A DNA stretch of 63,067 nucleotides, the filler included, from Octopus bimaculoides (Eukaryota), in NCBI RefSeq assembly GCF_001194135.2. It is 3 parts of 3 records of this genome, joined end to end, with 100 filler letters (N's around TTAATTAATTAA, not from the genome) between each part and the next. Parts side by side here need not be neighbours in the genome. Positions count along the whole stretch, not along the records: positions 47,229 to 63,067 come from NC_068989.1; 2 more parts are not named here. One strand, written 5' to 3'. Shown piece by piece: positions 53,356 to 63,067 of the stretch. A program made the translations under genes and the position numbers. Position 1 is the first letter of the stretch. Every line of letters starts with the position of its first letter. Under the pieces are notes generated by a model. It did not search any database. It was not told the origin of the DNA and saw only the letters and a program-made list of their open reading frames with translations.

Positions 53356-55225
53356 GGCTGTTGAAGCGCCTACATCTGGCAAATGTACCTACTACTTTAA
53401 TTGCTGTTATACAGAGAGTCACAAAGACATGGACAACTATTCTTACTCTTACAACTGAGAACAGAATAATTGTTTCTAATAGTACAGGCATTACAAAGTG
53501 AATATTCCAAGGAGATAGTATTTCTGTACTTCTTCTCATTTTGGCACTGAATCCATTATCGTCCCTACTGCAGAAAACAAATGGTTACATGCTAAGATCG
53601 TCAACTGCCAGAAATATCAATGTAACTCATAATTTCTTTGTAGACGACCTGAAGATTTATGCTAAAAGCGTAAACAATGCCAAAAAACAACTGGAATTTA
53701 AAACATTTTCAGCTAATACAGATATGGCATTTGGCCAAAAGAAATGTTCATATTTGGTTATAGAACGAGGAAAGTCACTCCCTCCAAACCCAAAACCTGT
53801 GCATCAATGGTCTCTCTATCTCCCCCATTCCAGACAAAGAATGTTACAAGTACTTAGGCATAGACGAAAATGTATCATATGAAGGCACTGTGAATAAAGA
53901 TAGAGTGGCCCGAGAATATCACACCAGACTTAAGAAAATATGGCAGTCGGAACTCTCCTCTTACAACAAAACAATATCCCACAATGCATTTGTTGTACCA
54001 GTATGTGATCCCAATATTTGGCATACTTGATTGGTCTGTGGAGGAAATCTATTCCATAGATATCAAAACCCGCAAAATTCTGACAACTGGAACTTCCACA
54101 GAAACAGTGATGTTGACAGGCTCTACCTAAGAAGAAATGAAAGTGGTAGAGACCTGAGATCACTGCAGACGGCCTTCGAATGCCGCGTGGTATCACTCAG
54201 GCAGCACCTGCTAAACAACAGCAGTAAAAATAGATATATTAATGCAATCCTGAAAAGTGAAGTGAACAACACTGTACGAGTTGGCAGAGAACTCCTCAAG
54301 AAACACTCTCTTCCTGATGATCTCCTATAAAGCCCCAAAACAGCTGCGCCCTCTTACCTCAGAGAAGACCTAGATGGAAAGCACTCAGCATACAAAAAAA
54401 GACCTGGAAACTTGAAGAAGACAGTAGAGTTGACACGAAGCGCGGCCTCTCTTGGACGCAAGACCATTACATCACACTTTGAAATCTATGCGTTTGCAAT
54501 CCAAGAACAGGAGATTGTCACAAAGTACCTGGTGAACAAGAGAGATAATGATGCTCTTGTAATCCCAAGGTGCAACTGCATGTGTAGGCTATGTCATGTT
54601 TCTGTGGAAGACATTACGCATGTAATTAGCATCTTTCCTAAAATGTCGTCACGGTACTACCTCCCTATGCGGCACGAATTCCTAATGCCATTCGCAAAAA
54701 AGACCGTCCTGAAACAAACTTAGAAAATCCCTCTGTTATGAAATACATTCATAAACACTAACTCAAGGAATACTGGTGGAATATTCTCATTAAAACGGAT
54801 ATTGTTGTTTGGGACAGAGGGGGGAAAGGTATGTACCATCATAGAGGTTAAATGCCCAGCAGATATAAATATTTCTTTGAAAATCAAAGAAAAAAAGGAT
54901 ATTTATGGACAACTGCTTCGAAACCTCCAGCTTTTATACCTAGACTATGAATTCATATTCATACCAATAATAGGTTTGTTAGTAAATGCTTAAAGGAGAA
55001 TCTGGATAAACTGGGATTTTCAGAAAGAGAAACTGAGCGGCTGATTCGTACATTACAAGTCCAATTTGTGAGTAGAATAGTAAAAATATGCATGACTTCT
55101 CTCAAGTTCCAAATGTGAATTTGTCTGTGTTAACTACATCTCAAAGATGGAGCCGTTTATCTTTGTTGGAAACAACTGACTCCCTCCTGAGTGGAAGATT
55201 TATAATAATGAAAAAATAGAAGAGA
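53356..55225 (+). mobile_element. 5'-truncated R4/Dong-type RLE LINE, copy B
   Basis: RT motifs IFQGDSIS and HNFFVDDLKIYA; RLYLRRNESGRDL; CRLCHVSVEDITHV; RLE region IIEVKCPADINISLKIKEKKDIY; stop at 55116-55118. Frameshifted. Confidence 0.9.
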
Positions 55226-55345
55226 CATACATACATACATACATACATACATACATACATACATGCATACATACATACATACATACATACATACATACAT
55301 ACATACATACATACATACATACATACATACGTACGTACGTACATA

Positions 55346-56432
55346 TGATAACATCATAAGACTTGGAAAGCAGCTCCTTGAACAGCATTCCTTGTCTGAT
55401 AACCTTAACCACATGCTCAAAAAAATGTCGCACGACTCTACCACAACATATCAGATGAAAGGATGAGCGTATATCAGCAGAAGCCCATGCATGGCTGTGT
55501 AAGTATAAAGCTCAGAGATGATAGTAACATTGATCATCAAATCAGTCTATCATGGATCAACACCCAGATTACTACCTCCCACTTTGAAGGGTATGCGTTT
55601 GCAATCCAGGAACAAGACATATCGACCAAATACCTGATATACAAAAGGGACAGATTTGCAGGAAAAGCTGTAAATGTAGTAACAGATGCAAAATTTGTGA
55701 AGGTAACACCGAAGATATCACTCACATCATAAGCAGTTGTCAGAAAATGTCATCACGGTATTATCTACTGATGAGACACGATGTTGTTGCTAGGGCACTA
55801 TATAACGAGATCCGTCGGAAGGATAATCCGAGGACAAAGAAATAAAAACTCACTGTATGACAGAAGCCATAATAACTCATAATAAAAAGGAGTACCGGTG
55901 GGATGTCGCAGTGAAAACCTCAATAAAATTTAAACACAATAGACCTGATATAATGATTTGGGATAGAAAAGAGAACCTGTGTATAGTTGTGGAAATCAGC
56001 TGCCCAGAAGATGTTAACATAAAGCTGAAGATCAGTGAAAAAGAGAATACCTACGCTGAACTGCAGTTACTCTATCCAGATTACATGTTCAGGTTTATAT
56101 TTGTAATTATTGGGTCACTGGGATATGTAACACATTGCCTAAATACTAATTTTGAGAAATTAGGCTTCTCAAAACCAGAGAGGAAAAAGCTGATTCGAAG
56201 ACTATAGATCCAAGCCATCAGTGGTACTGTAAAAATTTGTAAAACTTTCCAGGAGTTTATCATTTAAGTAGACATGAGCACGTCTAGATATGCTAATATA
56301 TGCATGAGAATACATACATAAAACAAAACATTCCCTCTTGATGTTGTTCAAATTCCAATGAAGGAGCCTTGGATCGAGGTTAGAAACCGGCTCGTTCTCC
56401 GTAAGAAATCTTGAAATAAAGCTGAATAATGC
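55346..56432 (+). mobile_element. 5'-truncated R4/Dong-type RLE LINE, copy C
   Basis: TSHFEGYAFAIQEQDISTKY; intact CCHC knuckle CKICEGNTEDITHIISSC; RHD; RLE core WDVAVKTSIKFKHNRPDIMIWDRKENLCIVVEISCP. Confidence 0.9.
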
Positions 56433-56454
56433 CATACATACATACATACATACA

Positions 56455-56484
<30 letters not shown>

Positions 56485-56485
<1 letters not shown>

Positions 56486-56890
56486 TCTAGAAGGGAACAT
56501 GACCATAAAGTACCCGATACACGAAAGGAATATGGAGTCAAGTAACACATCAAAATGTGACGACTAGCGCAGACTCAGTGGGACTGACACCGAAGATGTG
56601 AACTAAATAACAGGCAGCTGTCCAAAAATGTCAGCAGGACATTCTCCACCATGAGACATGACGATGACGTGTCAAAGCACAATACACTGCAACTCTTAAA
56701 ATGATAACCCTGAAAATCAAACTATAAGAAATGTGCAGTGATGGGAAAGGTATACACTCTAATAATATGAAGAAATACTAGCAGAATGTTGCTGTCGAAA
56801 CTGACAACAAATATATGCACAACTGAGCAGACATAATTACTTGGGACATGAAAAGAAATTGTGCAAAGTAGTAGAAATAAGGTGTTAAAT
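56485..56890 (+). mobile_element. Highly decayed R4/Dong-type fragment, copy D
   Basis: TEDVN*ITGSCPKMS, MRHD and KYMHN*ADIITWDMK, with gtagtagaaataaggtgt (VVEIRC), are collinear with copy C. Confidence 0.7.
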
Positions 56891-56923
56891 AGAATTTAAA
56901 AATGATAAATACAATAGATAAGA

Positions 56924-57345
<422 letters not shown>

Positions 57346-58184
57346 AAATAATCACCTGAGCAACAATGTTGAGAAGTTAGACTTCACAGAAGCAAATAGA
57401 AAATGTTTCATTAAAAAATTACACTTTAAGATCTATTGGAACTTTAAAAATAAAATATTACAGGCATCTGGCCTTTAGCATGTACAAACGTACGCATATA
57501 AGTCAAGCTATAAGTCAAAACATTACTTCTATAATCTATAAGTCAAAACATTACAAGCTCTAATTGCCCCTCCTTCTTGTAACAGCTTCTACCTCCATTT
57601 TCTTTTTTATTATTTTATTTTATCTTATTTTTTACTTTTTTTATCTTTTTTACTTTTGATTTTAATTATTTTGTGATTTAATCTATTTTTTAAAATTAAG
57701 TTTTTAATTAATTTTAATTAATTTTAATTAATCTTTATTTATTTATTTAATATGTTTATCTTAATTTTAATTTTTTAATGTTTATAATCTTAATTATTTC
57801 TAATTCATCTTCCGCACATTTATACCCACCTATATACATAACTGACACCCCACCACCACATATTACATGCATATCTACCGCACAAACACATACACACACA
57901 CACACACGCGCAAACATGTTTCCATATCCTGGCATGTACAAAAACTTTTCACCCACACAAACACACACAAATATGCATACGCAAAACTATATACACACAG
58001 ACCTGTACACGCACTCACACACACGTACAGACACAAACACATGCGTACACTCACAGTAACACCAATGCACTCACACACAATTCGCCTCGCCTCTCGACCA
58101 CTAAATCTATTGCTACTAACCTGTTTGCGCTACTCACGCACACATAACACACTTATACACAACACATACACCACACAGATACTA

Positions 58185-58226
<42 letters not shown>

Positions 58227-58335
58227 GTCATTTTCGCACTCTCCTGCCTTCAAAACCACTTCCCGTCAGTTATTTCTCAGCCATGTAAGACCACACGTAC
58301 TTTTACTTCTCTCCAGACTTTTCCCTCTTCCTCTT

Positions 58336-58364
58336 TCTGACGAAGAGTCATGCTCGAAACGTCA
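58336..58364 (+). ncRNA. Minimal type I hammerhead-like motif (PLE type), stem I degenerate
   Basis: CUGACGA-a-GAG-ucaug-CUC-GAA-ACGU-C: palindromic ACGU stem III and a GUC triplet. Only 1 bp of stem I remains. Confidence 0.5.
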
Positions 58365-58476
58365 CGCCCCCTCTTTTTTCTGTCTTAAACTTTCTTGAGT
58401 GTACATTCACTATGTACGTCCTATAGGTTTTTGTTGCTTTACCTGATTTTGTTTTTATTTTTGATTTGCCTATATA

Positions 58477-58637
58477 CCGTATTTTAACGTGTATAAGAAA
58501 CCCTTTTTTGTCAAAAATTAGGTTTAAAAATATGGGAGTTTCTTATACATGGATACTATTATAATCACTTACAAAACCTTTTTTCCGAATTATAAGCCCC
58601 AAAAATTAGGGATTTCCCTATACACGTAGCTGTACGG
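58477..58637. mobile_element. 161-bp MITE with Tc1/mariner-superfamily (Tc2/pogo-like) TIRs
   Basis: Left ccgtattttaacgtgtataagaaaccc vs reverse complement of right ccgtacagctacgtgtatagggaaatccc; flanks ta / ca. Confidence 0.6.
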
Positions 58638-58930
58638 CATGTGTGTGNNNNNNNNNNNNNNNNNNNNNNNNNNNNNNNNNNNNNNNNNNNNNNNNNNNNN
58701 NNNNNNNNNNNNNNNNNNNNNNNNNNNNNNNNNNNNNNNNNNNNNNNNNNNNNNNNNNNNNNNNNNNNNNNNNNNNNNNNNNNNNNNNNNNNNNNNNNNN
58801 NNNNNNNNNNNNNNNNNNNNNNNNNNNNNNNNNNNNNNNNNNNNNNNNNNNNNNNNNNNNNNNNNNNNNNNNNNNNNNNNNNNNNNNNNNNNNNNNNNNN
58901 NNNNNNNNNNNNNNNNNNNNNNNNNNNNNN

Positions 58931-59069
58931 ATACATATATACGATGGGCTTCTTTTCAGTTTCCATCTACCAAATCCACTCACAAGGCTTTGGTCGGCCC
59001 GAGGCTATAGTAGAAGACACTTGCCCAAGGTGCCACGCAGTGGGACTGAACCCGGAACCATGTGGTTCG
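58931..59069 (-). mobile_element. SINE A, 5' half, lacking the first about 38 nt
   Basis: atacgatgggcttcttttcagtttccatctaccaaatccactcacaaggctttggtcggcccgagg...gaaccatgtggttcg. Confidence 0.9.
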
Positions 59070-59320
59070 ATTTCTTAATTGAGGGTGGATGATTACTATT
59101 AGCATTAATATATCTAATGTTTTCATTAATTTTATGGAATGGTTGGGCTTTACCTATTATTAAATTAAAATTAGCATCTAAATAATTAACATTATAGTTC
59201 TCATCATATATAGTAATCGTTAATCCATTTCTTTAAAAAAAACTATATAGTTTCTTCTTATATAATCCTAGTGTTCTATTGGTGCAATTCTTAGTGTATT
59301 TACTTATTAAATTTTTCTAT
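59070..59320 (-). mobile_element. Penelope-like RT fragment
   Basis: Open frame NGLTITIYDENYNVNYLDANFNLIIGKAQPFHKINENIRYINANSNHPPSIKK, with the VNYLD and YI-x3-SNHPP PLE RT motifs. Confidence 0.75.
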
Positions 59321-59322
59321 AT

Positions 59323-59730
59323 GTGATTGTGGATTTTCATAGACGACGGCGAACAGGTTTGGTCACCGTTTGTGAGACTTTTCGGCAGCTCGTCTCATTG
59401 ACTGAACTGCATTCCTGGATCAAGCAGAGACCGAAGCTAGACGAATGGCACCGCGAGTGTCGCCATGCTATCGAGCGGCTCTGCCATCCGGGTTCAAACT
59501 TGTGTGATTTCAGTTCCACCAAGGCGTTCTATAGAGAATTAGTGGAGGGGAAGTGCGACGACGTTCTTGGAGAGACTCTGACTCGCCTTTTCAGGACCAT
59601 TTTCGGGCCAGGACCAATAGACAATTTCTAGAGATACCTGACCTTGCAGTGCTATCGGGAAGCATTGCCCGTTCGAGAGAAAGTCTACAGACACGGATCA
59701 AGAAATACCGAACCGACCTGCTCTCAGCTA
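59323..59730 (+). mobile_element. L1/Tx1-type ORF2 C-terminal fragment (zf-RVT region)
   Basis: FSSTKAFYRELVEG...LFRTIFGPGPIDNF*RYLTLQCYREALPVREKVYRHG resembles the region preceding the L1/Tx1 C-terminal zinc finger. Confidence 0.65.
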
Positions 59731-59777
59731 AATAATAACAACAGATGTTAATTCCAATGCTATAGGTAAGTGAGGGC

Positions 59778-59995
59778 AGTGAACAAGCAGAATGGTTGGT
59801 ACGCCGGGCAAAATGCTTAGCGGCATTTCGTCCGGCTTCATGTTCTGAGTTCAAATTCCGCCGAGGTCGACTTTGTTTTTCATCTTTTCAAGGTCGATAA
59901 AATAAGTACCAGTTGAACACTGAAGTTGATGTATTCAACTTAACCACTCCCACGAATTTGCTAGCTTTGTGCCGAAATTTGAAACCAATATTATA
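59778..59995 (+). mobile_element. SINE C
   Basis: acgccgggcaaaatgcttagcggcatttcg...gagttcaaattccgccgaggtcgacttt...gtcgataaaataagtaccagt. Confidence 0.85.
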
Positions 59996-61051
59996 GGTAA
60001 GTGAACCGATGTGCAATGCACAGTGACGAAGGAAGGAGTTATCGGAAATTAGTTGTGACTACGTCGCCAACCACTCAAACCAGAAGTAGAACTAGGATAT
60101 ACGACTACGTAGTTGCTCGACATGCTAGAAAAAAGCCCAAAGAGCCTTTAAAAAGATTAACTCATGGAGTTTGGTTATAGCTAAGAAAATATTCTGACAG
60201 TTGTGGGTTGGAATGCCTTTGTATCTATTTAACCATTACTGAGATGGTGCTAAATAACAAATACAAAACTTATAATAGAAACAATAACAGCTTCACTGCC
60301 AACAAATATCAACAGTAAAGATGATAGTGATGATTAGTAACGGGAATAAAACATCCAACAAGAGTAGCAACATCAACCACGATGGCAACAACAAAACTAC
60401 AACTGTATTACTAGTTCCACTTCTAAGATCAATAGTTATAGCAGCAGAAGCCGCCACAACAAAACCACTTGCAGCAGCAATATCATGAAACGTGAATGCA
60501 GCAACAGCAATAATACCAGTAACTGAAAGAATTCGTTCGCGAAGCCCGGATAATGTCTCAAAGGAAGTAACCGAAAATATCAAAGCAGCATTTAAAAGGA
60601 TGTCTAAGGGATTTTTGAAACACTAGTCGTTATATGACACTCCAAATGAGTTTCGAAATTAAGAAGGAAGAAACAGAAGCAGATCTTAACTAAAATGATG
60701 GTATAACAGCTAATGCTACGGATGTGGTGCATAGATTATCCCTTTATGCTGAAATATGGAGTGTAAAGGTCGTTATTGTTCATGTCTTTGTTTCCTTTCC
60801 TGTTGGTATTAATTAGTAACAGATCCGGTGATGTTACTTGCGATAACCTATCATCCTTTCCAGAGGAATATTCGTCACTGATTTGCTCAACGCTATAAAA
60901 CCCGAAACTAATTCCTCCTCGCGAGAAATGAAGAATCCAATATGTTTTATTTATTTCAATCGATTGGCCTAAAAAAGGGGGAAGTACTCCTGTAATTACT
61001 TAGACTGATGTCGTTAATCTCTCGTTTAAACTGTTACAATTCAACACCTAC

Positions 61052-61179
61052 TTGAAAGACATGGGCAGAGAAAAATTCCAGAGGGGTGATGTTTGGGGAA
61101 GGACGAACAGGACGAAGCAATTGCTGGGAGGCCTGGGAGTTGGACGAGTAGGGAGAGAGCTGAGTGGGATCGAGAGTGC
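61052..61179 (-). other. Candidate host exon (unverified)
   Basis: GC-richer non-repetitive island bounded on the minus strand by acceptor tatctcttccactcag|G and donor CAA|GTAGGT. CCAATCAG at 61211-61218. No protein recognised. Confidence 0.25.
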
Positions 61180-62834
61180 CTGAGTGGAAGAGATACACGA
61201 CCAACCAGCCCCAATCAGAAGAGGTTATTATAGTAACGACACACAAAAAAAACAAAGAGAGAAAATAACATGCATGTAATTCATTGCCCTTCAACTGAGA
61301 TTTTGAGAAAGATATATTGTACATTTGCTTTTAATTTCTTGCAATGAATGCGATGATACCATTTCTCTATCTTCTTCAAGAAAAGGAACGGTCCTAAATT
61401 GCCTTAAACATAAGATTCTTCGATCTTCACAACGAATAAACTTTAAAAATTGTTGTTCAAGCAGACCATTCCCGATTTCTTCATTTTCTTGATTTTTAAC
61501 TTGACTTTTTTATCTTTTGTTATTCTTCCTATACATTTTCTAGTAGCTTTCTGTCAACTACAATCTGAAGGAGTGGAAACATTTATAAGAAGCTTTGTAG
61601 CTTATATGTAACCTCAGGCTATGAGCAAATAGCATGACATAATTAATTATAGTGCACAAGTTGCAAATTAATTGACTGTAAACACCAATTCTATTTATAT
61701 TTCAGGTGTGTGCAAACAGCGTTTAACGTAATTAGAGAAAAACACATTAAAAATAATATTTTTAATGTTAATTTGTAAAATTCTTTAAAATAATAACCCT
61801 TGCGGGAATTAATTCATGTTTTATATAAGCGAAGTGCTATAAATTTGAGGCGTTGTCTCAAATTAATAAATCGATATATTCTTGGAAATATTTAACATTC
61901 ACGTGTTGATTATAGAATAAGACAATAAATTGATACATTTAGTTAATATAAGACACTTTAATGTATAGTAATGATAAATTAACAACGAAGAGATTCCATA
62001 AATTTTCTCTTTACTTTTACTTGTTTTACTTTATTACTCTTTTACTTGGTTACCACAATGATGGCGCATTACATTCAAGGATATTTTTATTCATCATCGA
62101 CGCCAGTTCTTATTTCAAACAAATATTATTTATCGATGTACATTTAGTGAATGGCTAAGTTACCTTTTTAAGTAAATGGATGCGTTGATTTGCAATGGTA
62201 GTCACAAACATACACACAGATATATACGTGTGTGTATACACATATTCACGTATATGGACATATATTTTTACCTCAACTAATCTTTAATTTTGTTCCACAG
62301 CATACACTATTTCTCTATCTCCTACACTCTCTTTCTCCTAATTTCTCCTAATATGCACATACATATGCATGCACATATATANNNNNNNNNNNNNNNNNNN
62401 NNNNNNNNNNNNNNNNNNNNNNNNNNNNNNNNNNNNNNNNNNNNNNNNNNNNNNNNNNNNNNNNNNNNNNNNNNNNNNNNNNNNNNNNNNNNNNNNNNNN
62501 NNNNNNTATATATATATATATATATATATTTGTAGATGGAAACTGAAAGAAGTTTTACTATACAGAATACAGAAAGGATCTTCACCTCTTACATCACTCA
62601 TTTCTTCTTACTTCAACGTCGAGATGGTATAATTTCCTGTGAGAGAGATAATTTTGCGGCTGAGGATAGCTTTACATTGTAGATTATACACATATTATAT
62701 TATGTTATATTATATTATGTTATATTATATTATACACATGTAGAGCTTGAAACACGTGTACCGCGGAATCCTTTGTAGTTTTGTTGTTATTTTTTTCTTT
62801 TGGATTTACAATTTATTTATATATATATATATAG

Positions 62835-63025
62835 GTCTATTTGCGTGTGTTTATGTCTGTGTTTGTCCCCCACCATCGCCTGATAACCGGTGTTAGTGGT
62901 GTGTTTATATCCCTGTAACTCAGCGGTTCGACAAAAGGGATAGATAGTGCAAATACCAGGCTTTAAAAAGTCTCGGGATCGATTTCTTTGACAGCATGGA
63001 TGCAGTCAAATGACTGGGGCAATTA
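62835..63025 (+). mobile_element. SINE A, degenerate 3' half
   Basis: gtgtttgtcccccaccatcgcc...gtaactcagcggttcgacaaaag...cagcatggatgcagtcaaatgactg. Confidence 0.8.
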
Positions 63026-63067
63026 CAAGATACGATATGCGTGTGTGAGCATATATATATATATATA

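Noticed and set aside
61080-61150. Minus-strand peptide PRPPSNCFVLF resembling an HMG-box start
   Set aside because: Downstream residues do not fit an HMG helix, and the frame is only one of three open frames.

Overview
AT-rich, gap-ridden animal genomic DNA with no recognisable intact host protein-coding gene. The SINE families and very high microsatellite load suggest an octopus/cephalopod intron or intergenic region (inference). Almost all long ORFs in the supplied track are translations of microsatellites or N-gaps. Content: (1) about 25 copies of tRNA-derived SINEs, here called A, B, B2 and C; (2) three decayed Tc1/mariner transposons, a small TIR MITE and a Helentron-like fragment; (3) decayed non-LTR elements: a CR1/L2-type 3' end, L1/Tx1-type ORF1 and zf-RVT fragments, and several Penelope-like (PLE) fragments; (4) at 52.7-57.3 kb, five diverged fragments of R4/Dong-type RLE LINEs, four head-to-tail and separated by (TACA)n arrays. 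Best leads: apparent (TACA)n-targeted or self-targeted R4-type insertion; hammerhead ribozyme motifs with palindromic stem III, the best at 26587-26642 inside a 57-bp-arm inverted repeat that would sequester it; a SINE A/CR1-LINE shared 3' tail with a covarying hairpin; and a Tx1-type LINE 5' end fused to a SINE tRNA head. All family assignments come from motifs read by eye; no database search was run.
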